Positions 50,210 to 62,912 of a stretch of 64,000 nt of DNA are shown piece by piece. The notes beneath the pieces were generated by a model. The model was not told where the DNA came from. It searched no databases and worked only from the letters and a program-made list of their open reading frames with translations. Positions within the stretch are counted from its first letter, which is position 1; each line of letters opens with the position of its first letter. The stretch is from Pecten maximus (lineage: Eukaryota). A program made the position numbers and the translations under genes. The DNA lies in NCBI RefSeq assembly GCF_902652985.1, contig NC_047029.1:34038001-34102000 (forward strand), read 5' to 3'.

Positions 50210-50611
50210 GGGTAACAGAATACACAGATCTGGGTTACGGAATACACAGATTTCGGTGACGGAATTCACAGATCTTGGAGACAGTATACACAGAATTGGG
50301 TGACGGAATACACAGATTTCGGTGACGGAATACACAGATCTTGGTGACAGAATACACAGACTTTGGTGACGGAATACACAGATCTTGGTGACAGAATACA
50401 CAGACCTTGGTGCCACAATACATAGATCTGGGTGACGGAATACACAGATCTTGGTGACAGAATACACAGACATTGGTGCCACAATACACAGATTTGGGTG
50501 ACGGAATACACAGGTCTTGGTGACAGAATACATTGTACATAGATTTTGGTGACGGAATACACAGTTCTTGGTGACAGACTACATAGAATTGGATGACGGA
50601 ATACACAGATC
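50210..50611. repeat. Minisatellite, 22-bp unit (GGTGACRGAATACACAGATYTT), ~18 copies
   Basis: Directly visible; accounts for the three overlapping minus-strand ORFs at 50207-50651. Confidence 0.95.
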
Positions 50612-53419
50612 TAACAAATCTGAAAGTCACGTGTACATTATGTACCAACAAACTGACCTATCGGCATACATTTTAAAATTATGATGGATTATGAAAGATA
50701 TGATTTGTCATTTGACTTATAGAGAACGGAATATATATATAGCTGATAAGGATTAGCGGGATGATATTGGAAAAGTCAGGGGCCAGAAAAATTAGGTCTC
50801 ACTTTCCATCAGTTTACGTGAGCCCTATCTTATTGTTACACTATGGAATGATTCCTTAATATTTAAGAACTTCAATCATAATAGGCGATTGCAATCAACG
50901 AGACGCCATGAATTATCAATATTCGTGATCTGATAAAAGGCGTGGAAACGGTATTTGAATTAATGTTATTTTAACACCGCATCATGCACAAATCGTGATA
51001 GAAGTACGACTCATCACCTCACAGTATAAAAATATGTTGAGAAAACAAATTATTTCGCACTTAAATAAAATAACATTTCACAAATGAATGCCATACATTT
51101 ATTTTCAATTTAGAAAAAAAAAAAAAAATCAATTAAGCTTAATAGTCTTTTTACACGCCATCTTTGTCGATTTCTTGATGAAAAGATTGTAATGTCACAA
51201 GGTTTGGGGTAACAAATATAATTTGGTTCAGTACAATGAAGCATCTACAATAAAACCTGCCCTTTCTGATATACTGTTTAATTCAACACATTGGTTTAAC
51301 AGGTTGACTCGAGCTCAAGAATACTTCAGTGAGGAACTTAAAATATATTACCTGATAAAATGATTGATTTATTTTGATGTAAGTATGTTTTAGCATTAGT
51401 GAATTAGAGCTTTATTAAATCAGCGTTGTTTTATTCAGAAAAAAAACATGTTTCATTCACTGTCATATTTCAATGCAATTCTCCCCCTATAATCATTCAT
51501 CATTTCTTATTATTATTATCATTCTGACTTCTCCACTATCTTCCGTCGACGATGTTTCAGTTATGTTTCTCGGAAACAGCAGGTCGGAATTCACCGAAAC
51601 AGAACATGGGTGTGCTTGTTTGTTCGGCGGCCGTTAGACCACTTTCGTTTTCGATTGTCATCTGACCGGTCAGCCGGACCGAAGCCGTTGATTTGTCGAA
51701 ATTTAGATATTGTTCGATTTTGACGAAACTTGGTATATAGGTGAAATATAACATTTCAAACACTGTTGCGATATCAACTAATTTATTTACTGCTGCGGGG
51801 GTCGTTTGGGGGACATATGTAAAGGTGCTTGTTATAATCATTATGAATAAAAAATAGAGGAAAATCAGTTGATTCATAATTGATCTCCGTTCTAAATTGT
51901 CTCAGCACGTTTCGGATTCAGCCCAGAGTTTGCAGGATCCATGCTGTTTACAGATCACACAGAGTGTTTTCAAGCCACGTTCTATGGAGATCAAATGAAT
52001 AAATGTATGGGGAATGTTTTCATGCGAACATTTTTATGGCCTCTTTCAGTATCTTAATAGAAAATGTCAGTCTTAGAGACACGTGCGGTACGGCCCTGAT
52101 GTAAGATCACATCGAGGCCATCAGCGACACCCGTAACAGTAAACAAGTCGGTCGGAAAATGCTTGATTTATTTATCATGGAATATGTCAATCATGTTATA
52201 TGAAGAATCTCCAGGAAAACAATGTGGTCACAACATTTCCGTAGCAAATCACTACATAATCACTTCTGAAAAAACAACAACATGGAGAACTGATATTTAA
52301 ATTGTGGACATTGAATAAATATTTTGCCGATTAGCTACATTTAGATCGATGTACAAGGCGTTCGCATAACCCTGATAACGTCACAGCAGGTTTGCGATAA
52401 TCCCCGAAGTGTGTTAGTGACCCTTCAGTTAGGATTCCAAAATGCGCTATAGTCATGCGGTGTAATTTTGAACTGACCTTGGTATTACTACTTATTTACC
52501 ATTTTCAAAGTGGCTACAGGAATGAGATGTCGTTATAAAAGTCAACAAAACGAATTTTTACATGGTACACAAGGAATATCACTTTACACTCGCTATTTTA
52601 CAAAAATCGTAACAAGGAACGAATTGACATGCTAAAACAATCGGGCAATACCAGCACAGTGGAATTAATTATCGGTGTATAACTTCAATGTCCATTACGA
52701 ACCCCGGTATAAAATGAATACTTAGATGACGCCTATTTCCTGTATCCTGCGTATCAAACATGCGCAAAGCCGGAACAGGTATCCCTTCAGTATACCGTCA
52801 AAGATGACTGCACAATGGAGTACAATGTCTGTATACGTAACCAGATGTCAATGCCACCGGTTCAAGGGTAACCCAACAATGCTTGTGTAAAACGCGCGTG
52901 TAATAAGCTATTTGAAGTCTGAGGTCATCCTTTATCTTTCTGTTTACAGCAGTATATAGGAAGCCACAGTTATACATGTAACTGATGATGTCATACCAAA
53001 AGCCAACGTCAGTCTCCCTTGGACAATCTTATCAAGTCATTTTCCGGTCCATGCATATTTTGAATTGGGAATTATCTGGAAGAGTCTGAATGTTTATTCC
53101 TTATAATTCAGGTTGTGACTTAACCATTATTTTGGTGGATATTTTTGACGCCTTTGTCGTTGAAATAAAATCAATTCCCGATGAAGTGCCTTACATACTA
53201 ATTCCATACAGACATCGTCTGATAGAACGAAATATGACCGCATTATTTAGTTTTACGTGTCCATAGGAATGACGAACCTACTATACTGGTTGTGATTGGT
53301 TTGTTTATGTGATGAGTGGCTAGGTTTTGTTTAAAATCCTTTCGAACATGGTCATAAAAGCATGATTTCTCCTTGAAGGAACCAAACGTTTTACAATGCA
53401 GTTACCACTTTACTGTCGT

Positions 53420-53800
53420 GTAGCATATCAATTCGTACGAAATCTCTCCCGGTCAATTATACTGGAATGTCTTGTCGCATATCAGTTCGTATGAAATCTC
53501 TCCCGACCCATTGTACTGGAATGTCTGGTAGCATACCAGTTTGACGACACCTCTCCTGGCCAATTATACCTGAATGTCTTGTAGCATACCCGTTCGTACG
53601 AAATCTCCCCCGGACCATTATACTAAAATGTCTTGTCGTATACCAGTTCTTACGACACCTCTCCCGGCCCTATAATGGAATGTCTTTTAGCATACCAGTT
53701 CTTACGACACCTCTCCCGGCCCTATAATGGAATGTCTTTTAGCATACTAGTTCGAACGACATCTCCCCCGGCCCATCATACTGGAATGGCTTGTCGCATG
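53420..53800. repeat. Tandem repeat, ~52-54-bp unit, ~7 copies
   Basis: GCATACCAGTTC.TACGACACCTCTCCCGGCC...ATACTGGAATGTCTT recurs. Confidence 0.9.
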
Positions 53801-54533
53801 ACATTCCTTCCGGGTCCCGTTACTAGGAGAACTAGATCAGCTTTTTAGTACATCCCCTTGAGTACTGAGACTTCCGTAGGGTATTAAATGCAATGCCTAT
53901 GAGTCACGGTGATAGAAACCACAGCCTTCCACACAGGGACAAATGCTCAAATCAAAAAGTCACATTCAAGTTCTTACCATACAACCGCTTTTCAACGACT
54001 TTCTTATTAGCATTTAGACCTCCACTGTAGTATGATCGATTTTGAGATTGGATTACAGCCAAACGTCATCTAGTTTGCCATTTTCGATGTTCATACGTTG
54101 CACGCTGAGGATAAGAGTTGTTAAAAAAGACTCTGATCCCATTGACTCCCTCACGAATGGTAGCTGCCCGTGTGTGATTGACAGGTAACTGCCGCGTCCT
54201 GTTGAAAAGATGGCGAGAGGATGAGGAATAAAGTGGATGCCATGTATATGGTGACAAGAAGTAGACATTCTAGAATAGACACGAAATGGTCTCTCTATAA
54301 ATAAATAACGGAGGACAGTCCTCAGACATATCGAAATAGCTGGCGGGAAAAGGTCAGCCTTTGTATGCCGTGTGTAGTACGACTGACGGTGACTTACATT
54401 GTACACAGGAACATGCCTTAATACGTGTTCTTTGGATAAAACACACGCGTTGTCGTAGTAAAGCAACAACAATTTAATCCTTAACATATTTACTCGCTAA
54501 AGAAAGCATTCAGTGACGTTTAAAAATCCATTC

Positions 54534-54667
54534 NNNNNNNNNNNNNNNNNNNNNNNNNNNNNNNNNNNNNNNNNNNNNNNNNNNNNNNNNNNNNNNNNNN
54601 NNNNNNNNNNNNNNNNNNNNNNNNNNNNNNNNNNNNNNNNNNNNNNNNNNNNNNNNNNNNNNNNNNN
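54534..54667. other. Assembly gap (134 N)
   Basis: Run of N. Confidence 1.
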
Positions 54668-54948
54668 AGTTTCTGTAAAAATGCCTATCGCTTGTTTGTG
54701 ACTTGTTTGATATGAAAAGGCACTGAACTTACCACTTTATCAATAGAATACTTTCTCGAGACAGATTATACTAACACGCAAATCGTTTGTTGCAGTTTTG
54801 TAATCGATCCGGAACATACCTTTCGTGAGGTCAAATGGTGTTTTATTATATGATTGGTATGTAAAACTATCACTCATTGGTCCTATTGAGATCACATGAC
54901 ACCAATAATTTCCTTGGAAATACATGTACGTCATGATATCACCGAGCA

Positions 54949-55077
54949 GTTAATATGAGGTTTTGTCAGGTCCGTGGAATCTTATATTAACTCCTGCTAA
55001 AAATACAAACTATGAGATTTATTTTTAGCACAGGTTGATATAACATTCCACGCACCTGGCGAAACGTTATATTAACC
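54949..55077. repeat. Imperfect long inverted repeat
   Basis: GTTAATAT..GTTT..CAGGT.CGTGGAAT.TTATAT.AAC..TGCTAAAAATA pairs with TATTTTTAGCA..GTT.ATATAA.ATTCCACG.ACCTG..AAAC..ATATTAAC. Confidence 0.8.
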
Positions 55078-55157
55078 TCCCTGTGATAAGGACCTTTTTT
55101 TTCGTTTTTTTTTAATTTATTTTGTTTTAAAACAATAAAAATCATGTAATAAAGTCA

Positions 55158-55288
55158 ATACAGACTTTAGTTTCAGGCAATCCATGGTTTTACGGACCTG
55201 CCCTGAACTATATCCCCCTCGGCCCTCGGGGAATATTGTCCAGGTCAGGTTCGTAAAACCATGGATTGCCCTCAACCAAAGTCTGTAT
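55158..55288. repeat. Long inverted repeat (~130-bp hairpin)
   Basis: ATACAGACTTT.GTT..GGCAATCCATGGTTTTACG.ACCTG.CCTG pairs with CAGG.CAGGT.CGTAAAACCATGGATTGCC..AAC.AAAGTCTGTAT. Confidence 0.88.
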
Positions 55289-57500
55289 CTATATACACTG
55301 TAATACCAATAACCATGTAGAATAAAGTCGTCAATATTTTAGAGTCTACTGGGTCAGTATAACAACATATTAACTGAATTAAAGATCCTTAATTTTTGAT
55401 ATTAGATATGAAATTTAATGGCAAAAGGGTGGAATTGAATTATATTCATCTTAATAACAAGAAATTTACATTGGGGTATTGTGACTTTACAATGATCATG
55501 ACGTGAAAACAATATTTACTTTTTGTTTCTGAAAATAGAAACATCAGGCTATATCTCAAAATATTAACACGTACGTGACCATGTTTTGGCCATTGAGAAT
55601 TGAGGGAAATCGGACCGTATCTAAAATATTATGGTTTGAATACATATTTAATATCACTTATATAGCCTTCCACTCAATCTTTCCGAAGAAAGATATCGCT
55701 GGTTATTTGTAAACTAGGCGTTATAATGAGTTCGAAATAGAACACACCAGCCCATACACGTTTACCACATCAGAGAGTAAAACGAAAGGTAAAAAAAAGC
55801 ATCGCCATTGGGGAATTTCGCGAACTGGACAACATATTTTAGTTTGAACTTGGATATTCCCTAATTGTTGAAGTATCAGAGACTATATCTGCAGTGTATA
55901 TTTACAAATGTCGCAATATGTTTCTGTGATGATCAGAGATGGACATAACAATTGAATGTCGGCGTGTAAATCAAACCGTAACTCAACATCAAAATTTACC
56001 GACTTGGACGAGGTATAAGGCCAAGATAAACAGAGATAGGTTTAAAAGTTTTACGGATGATAAAACCACGTGTACTGGAAGGATGAGCGTTCATCGCTTC
56101 ATAACTAAATAGTACCAGGCATTCTAAAAAAAAAAAAAAAATCTTACGACTTATTCCTGAAAAATAAAAGTATAGGTACTTTTTCCGGGGATGCACGTGA
56201 ACTTTTTCTGGACATGTACTGGAACGTTTGATATGTTGTGACTTTTTCATACCCAGAGCAATATACAAGTGCTTCGCTTAAACGAAAAATCAGGAAAAGT
56301 ACATTTCATCATAGCAAATGTTTCACGAGCCAATGCGCGAGACTTTAGCGAGACCAACTGTAAATGACAGTGAGTTTATCATGTGATTTCATAGTCTGAA
56401 ATATTGTACCGCAGACAACAACTGTCTCAGGGGTACATATGATTGGCACATCCATAACTGTTTTATTCACATGCATGAGAATGTGTCTACTTTTTCATAA
56501 TGAATGAGAATGAAAAGTCTCGCTGCCATCACCAAGGTAATTCGTATGACTGGAATGATAACAGGAAGTCACTGTCTGCAAATGATATGTCATTTTGTAA
56601 TGAATGGAAAATTATATACTTTTTTCTGACTTATTATTTTCTGTTTATGAAGACAACACATGGGAAAAAATAAACATCTTTTTGGAATGTACAATGATTT
56701 AAAGACATACTTAAAAACGAGCGACACAATTTTGAACGGTTTTTAACTCAGAATGATGAAGTTAAGGCTGTATATCAGAAAAAAAACTTGAAATAACTGG
56801 GAGAATTAGACCAGGCGTTCCAGAATAGTAAGCGGGAGTTAAATCTATGTTAACATTTCTCCCTTCTTCAGCTTAGTAAGCTTTTAAATTAGCGTAAAGC
56901 AGTGAAAAAAAGGCTTGACGGATTAATAAGCGCGAGAATCAGTAACCTAATCATGACGTCGTCTCTTTGTGACGTTACCGGAACGTCAACCGACGGCGCC
57001 ATTTTCAAAGGACTGATCTACGCAATTTTAGCGTTTTCTCCTGTTACCCGATGATCTCTGTACACAAAGCTAATGTCAAGTGAGTGTTTTGTTAAAAACT
57101 AAATTGAAGATTGCGGAAATGGGTGAATATATAACTTCTCCATGAGATACTGTAAGTTAACAACAAATAGCCGAAGCGTTCGGTTCCTAGAGAACAATTG
57201 ACCACGTCACTACTATAGTTGTGTCAATACCCGCTGTGCTTGACAACCATAGTAAATCTAAGACAGAAATTGTGGATTATGACTATGTATTAATGAATTG
57301 AAAACGTAAAATGTATCAAACAAAAGTGTTGAGTTGTTTCTTTTAATTTTTGTAAACAATACTGGTGTCTTTAGTAGATTCACTAGAACTATATTATCGT
57401 TAGCAACCATGACTGTCGTAGTTACCAACGTCGCAACATATCACGGCTTTAATTTTCTTTGTACGGTATTTCAACGAATTGTTGGATGTAAATATATATA

Positions 57501-57647
57501 TTGAACGGTGCTTTTATTGCGTTTACGGTGGTATGAACGCAATGGGATACAGGTATTTTCAATATATAGCGCGTTAAGCGCTATATAGAATATGTATGTA
57601 TTCCATTGCGTTCATACCACCGTTAACGCAATAATAACCCATTTCAA
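57501..57647. repeat. Long inverted repeat (~147-bp hairpin)
   Basis: TTATTGCGTT.ACGGTGGTATGAACGCAATGG.ATACA ... TATATAGCGC-GTTAA-GCGCTATATA ... TGTAT.CCATTGCGTTCATACCACCGT.AACGCAATAA. Confidence 0.9.
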
Positions 57648-58789
57648 TCCCTATAAAATGACACTCGAAAAAAGTACCCCGGGTCAAAAAAGCTTGGGTC
57701 AGGATTACATGTACCTTCTCCTGCTAAAATTATGGTGAGTTCATTTTGTAGCATCTACTTTGTAGAAAACAGTAATTTTCGCTCATCGTGTTGAAACAAA
57801 TTACCGATTATCATTCTATTATATGTTTATAAGAATCGCTGACATTTATTTCTTATCTATCTTCACTAACACATAACCAAAGGAACTATTTCGGACCACG
57901 CTCATAATCCAGGCTTACGACAACCAGTTTTTCAATATTCTTTGTAAGTTTGTAAAAAATCAATAATTCGTTTGTATTGAACCAATAAACTGTCTTGATA
58001 GGGAATTGATGATTGTTTTAACTGACAAACCTCCCCTGTCCAATATATTTTAGTTTTACAGAATTCACTCAGTAAGTGTGAGTTATCTTGGACTTATCAA
58101 CAAATGACTATTTCATAATGAAATATAAAGATTATAGGAAAATAGCGATCACGCTAAGCAATATCCACTTATTGAACTTTGTAATGAACTGGTTTAAATG
58201 CTTTTAACCATCAATGATACGTCCTGGAAGGTCGAGGAGCCCTTAATGACATTAACAGTCGATGGGCCTTAAAACAAAACCGTTGTTCCCTTCCTACCTG
58301 CATTTCTTAAGGAATACACACCATCGGGTTTTCAAGAAAAGAAAAAATGGGATATTTATTAATTGAGCTAATCACCTTTTGAAAACAAGACCCGGGTGAT
58401 AAGTTTCCGTTTGATTATTTGGCATATCCCGTATTCGTTGAAGATTCAAATGAAAAAGTGACATTTCCTTGACTGTGTGTTATTCCAGAATAGCAGTAGT
58501 CAAGAATTGCTCCCTAAGATACTTGTGAGTCATTTTGTTTGTACGCCTACAAGTGACATGTCCTCTGTTATAGCTGTCATTCAAACATTGACAGCTCATA
58601 TAGGTAGAGAGCACGTGCTTGACCACTGGGGAACTAAGGATGTGTCCGTTGCCGGAAGATTGGCCATTACTATGTCGATAATAGTATCGTTGTATCCGTC
58701 TTAGAGAAAAAAAATCTTTATGTACGTGCTACGTTTTGATATACTGTATGTTTAGACCACGCAAAGGCAAAATGACCTTTATGGAAAGG

Positions 58790-59082
58790 TGACCTTTATA
58801 GAAATTATAAATTGTGTTACATTGGAAACTAAGACATTGGCCTCTATATAGAGGTTGATATCAATTTAATTCTATTACATTGGTAACTGAAATAAGTGGC
58901 CTTTATATAGAGTTTGATATCAATTCAATTGAGTTACATTTGTAACTTAGATATGTGGCCTTTATATAGAGGTTGATATCAATTCAATTAAGTTACATTT
59001 CAAACTGAAATACGTTACCTTTATATTGCGGTTGATATGAATTCAATTATGTTACATTGGTAACTGAGATGTATGACCTTCA
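58790..59082. repeat. Tandem repeat, 59-bp unit, ~5 copies
   Basis: GGCCTTTATATAGAGGTTGATATCAATTCAATT..GTTACATTGGTAACT recurs. Confidence 0.9.
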
Positions 59083-59898
59083 TAAAAACATTTCTTTTAG
59101 ATGTGCATAAATAGGTGAGCATAGTTTTAAACAAGATATTTCATAATTTTGTAATTCCTCTCCCTCCCCCTCCCCGCACCCTCCTCTTTCTGCACAGCGC
59201 AGACATTGTCATAATCTTCATACAGTAGAAAGAGGTCAAAACCTTGTACAAGTAGACATTATTATACATAAAAAAACTCCCCTGTTCTATATAGTCAAAT
59301 TGCAGGATGACGTATTTCACAGATTTTTATTCTTTAATTCAAAGATAACAATCGTATAAATGGCACACCAGTGAAATGAGCTTTTAAATATAATTTCGCC
59401 TTATATACATCTAAAGTACAGATACTAAAAATAAACCACGTCATACAGCTCGACCGTCCTTCCGGGAATCATCAGTGGTATTGGCTGTAAGGTAACACAT
59501 GTATAGAAGTGAATATTGGGAGACCAAATGGGTCTGACTAAAAGTTATAATATAACCGGGGATGTGCGCTGTAACTCAATTAATTTGGTAAATTTTCTGT
59601 GTCTAAATCAATAAATATTTAAAATTATTTACCAATTTTTATCTTTATTTTCTGATTATTATTTTTTTTTCTTTTTTCTTTTTTTCTTCTTCATTTTTAC
59701 TAGCAATAGAATAAAATCGATTGCTACAGCTGTATCGTTCTGTTAGAACTCATCAGTTATGCTACAGCGGCAGGCAAACACCTGAGAATCTAAAAGCAAA
59801 GTTTAAAGAAAATGTCCAAAAAAAAATTCTAAATATTATTTTCTCATTTTTTTAATTTTATTTTTAATCAGACAGTTTACTTCAATCTATCAGTAAAT

Positions 59899-60028
59899 TA
59901 AGGATCTTACATGAGTGGCTATGCCATATTGGATTTATTAAACGAGCCTTTAGGCGAATGGAATATCAAATTATTGAACGAGTTTGATAAATGCATATGA
60001 CTTGGCCACGAGTGTAATATTCTATTTA
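59899..60028 (+). repeat. Degenerate hairpin of the CAYGAGTG-type element class
   Basis: AGGATCTTACATGAGTGGC ... TTTATTAAACGAG ... AACGAGTTTGATAAA ... GCCACGAGTGTAATATTCT. Confidence 0.55.
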
Positions 60029-61315
60029 TCACATAACTATTATTTATGATAATATATGCAAAAGACTTTCAATTTTCGTTTCTATATCAGAAAGGCGAAA
60101 TCCGGCTCGCATTGGACGTTTCCGTCTACCCAGACAATCATGTGACGTCACATATTAATTATGATGTCACAATAGTTTTATTACACATGCGTCTTACGAT
60201 ATTTATGACGTGGCCGTATGACATGGCAGTACGGGCAAGTTTGATAACAAGAACCCTACACTTGCCCCCATGTCTATAGAATTTTAAAATAAGAGATAAA
60301 ATTGAGCTTGATGATTTTGGTCTCTAGAATATGGCTCAGTTTCAAATCGAACTTATACCATAATAGGCTGACTCGTAGCTTATACCACTGCGCAACATCC
60401 GCGTTCTTAAAATAGAACGTTTAAATATGGCGCAGTTATGGTCTGCTATGACTATGATCAAAGGTATCGGGCTGACCACGATTACGTTTCTTAGTCGTCA
60501 TAATGAACCCATTCAGAAATCAGATGAGTTCCCATCATTTCAATCAGTGTGTTAGCAGTTACATTCCGTTCGACGTGTATATTCTTTCGCGATGCCCTGG
60601 TCAATTAGCAGTGTCATTTCCCCGACGATTCTTTTGAGGACGTGCCATTACATTCCGTTTGACGTGTATGTCTGTTAGTGAAGCCGTAGTCGATCAAAGC
60701 ACCTAACATGATATCATTCCTGTTCTTTTCACATCTTTTTGTCAAACTTTGCTAAGGTTTAATTCGACAATATTTTTTTTTTTTTCTAATTTCTGCACCG
60801 TTTTTCTAATGCATTTATTTTTTCTTAAATGACATGGTAGGTACCAGTTGTTTCTCATTTATTTTACAACTGGTCATGTTGACGGTAAACAAGTCATCGC
60901 CTGGGGATGATTCCTATCATAGACATGTCCCTAGTCTTCGGTATCATGTAGGCAGTCAATGAAGAAAGGGTAACGTTCTCGACCCGGTACCCGTTGTTTG
61001 TTTAGATCTCCGCTCATTTCATATATATATAGCTTATCAGAACCTAATAATATATCTCGCAAAGCTGTAAGTTTCAAGAATAGCATTATAAATTCTTATT
61101 TTGTGCAATTTATTTTCTTTTTTAAACATAATCAGTCAACATATCAAAATACAATGTCGCCTCATCATGGTAACTGAAGTCTGAATGTCGTGATATCTAT
61201 CTCAACAGGGGTTTGAAAGGCACACTTAAACAATAAAAAAAATATGATTTACAATTACAGATGGAAATCCCCACAAGGAATAGACATATAAACTATATAC
61301 CAATACTGTCGGTCT

Positions 61316-61562
61316 GGACAGAAGAGAATAATATATAGCTGACGTAAGTATCAAATATACTCAGGATCTTCAATTGCGTTTAATCAAACAAGTTATGGAC
61401 AGAAGAGAATATAATCAAACAAGTTATGGACAGAAGAGAATATAATCAAACAAGTTATGGACAGAAGAGAATATAATCAAACAAGTTATGGACAGAAGAG
61501 AATAATATCTATCTGACATAAGTATCAATACTTCAGGATCTTCAATGCGTTTAATCAAACAA
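61316..61562. repeat. 31-bp tandem array (~4 copies) bracketed by a ~75-bp direct duplication
   Basis: TAATCAAACAAGTTATGGACAGAAGAGAATA repeats; GGACAGAAGAGAATAATAT..CTGAC.TAAGTATCAA..CAGGATCTTCAAT.GCGTTTAATCAAACAA is present on both sides. Confidence 0.9.
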
Positions 61563-62129
61563 CTAATATCTACACGCTTGAAACAAAAAGTGTCAAATAT
61601 GTTTCAATATTTACTAGAAATTCAAATATATATCCGTCCAAATGTAATTTTTTAGATTTAGTTTAAACATGAGTTTATTCAATATTCAAATAGGATAGGA
61701 ACACAAGTGCACGTGGAAATTTACGCGAGGGGGAATTTTCGCTAATTACTCGGAGTCCTTTTGTTCGCGTAAATTTCCCCCATGCGTGTCATTTTGATAT
61801 CAATTTGGGTAATCTCGAACCCCAAACGAATGAGGATCGATCGCGAAAATTACCCGCACGCATACAGTTTTGATAATTCAATTCAATTAAAACTGTATTC
61901 ATAGTTTGTACATATGATAACAAATCAACATGAGCTCTAATGAGCTCTTAACACCAAAATCGAGAAGTTAACCACCGCGAAAATAACTACGTTTACAGTA
62001 TATGAATTAATTTCTGTCACATTTCAAACACAATCGTAATAAATAATTTAATCAAGTTTGAAAAACAAATAAATTGACTTGATTATATCATTGAATCCAG
62101 CAGTTTGTAACGTATCAGCGTTAACTTAC

Positions 62130-62235
62130 CATCGTCCGGAGGTGATGTGTTCAGAACATTTTCTTCACATTGTTCCTTCCGTATACGAATACCACTGTAG
62201 AAGGAAGCGGGTAGATGCATGTATTTGTCCGACAT
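62130..62235 (-). CDS. Putative first coding exon of the class B1 GPCR: MSDKYMHLPASFYSGIRIRKEQCEENVLNTSPPDD(G)
   Basis: Consensus donor ATG|gtaagt in phase 1, matching the phase-1 acceptor at 10621 (joined: ..EQCEENVLNTSPPDDGYQYCNAT..). Supplies the first of the six HRM cysteines at a plausible spacing. An in-frame TGA lies 11 codons upstream. Linkage across 51.5 kb and an assembly gap is inferred. Confidence 0.72.
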
Positions 62236-62271
62236 TGTAAAATCACAAAAGCCTTGAGACAATAATCACAC

Positions 62272-62912
62272 ACAGTCCACCTCTACACACGACTGTTTTA
62301 CTGTATCAAGCGGTCAGTGACCCGTCCACATTTACCCTGCACAGAGTTACTGTATCAATGGTCAGTGAGCCATCCACCTCAACCCTCCACAGTTTTAGGG
62401 TATCGAGTGGTCAGTGAGCAGTCTACCTTTACCCTGTACAGTTTAGGGTATCAAGTGGTCAGTGAGCAGTCCACATTTACCCTCCACAGAGTTACGGTAT
62501 CAAGTGGTCAGTGAGCCGGCCACCTCTACCTTCACAGTTTTAGGGTATCAAGCGGTCAGTGAGCTGTTCACCTTTACCCTTCACAGAGTTACGGTATCAA
62601 GTGGTCAGTGAGCCGGCCACCTCTACCTTCCACAGTTTTAGGGTATCGAGTGGTCAGTGAGCAGTCCACCTCTACCCTCCACAGTTTTAGGGTATCGGGT
62701 GGTCAGTAAGTAGTCCACATTTACCCTCCACAGTTTTAGGGTATCGAGTGGTCAGTGAGCAGTCCACATTTACCCTCCACAGTTTTAGGGTATCGAGTGG
62801 TCAGTAAGCAGTCCACATTTACCCTCCACAGTTTTAGGGTATCGAGTGGTCAGTGAGCAGTCCACATTTACCCTCCACAGTTTTAGGGTATCGAGTGGTC
62901 AGTGAGCAGTCC
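62272..62912. repeat. Tandem repeat, 49-50-bp unit, ~13 copies
   Basis: CAGTCCACATTTACCCTCCACAGTTTTAGGGTATCGAGTGGTCAGTGAG recurs. Confidence 0.95.

Noticed and set aside
50207-50651. Three overlapping repetitive ORFs
   Set aside because: By-products of the 22-bp minisatellite.
54053-54487. 144-aa ORF and overlapping frames next to the gap
   Set aside because: No recognisable motif, non-ATG start, and no consistent splice sites.
61711-62000. MITE ending in CGCGAAAATAACTACGTTTACAGTA
   Set aside because: It resembles a non-autonomous DNA transposon end, but I could not find a complete matching left TIR, so boundaries are unsupported.
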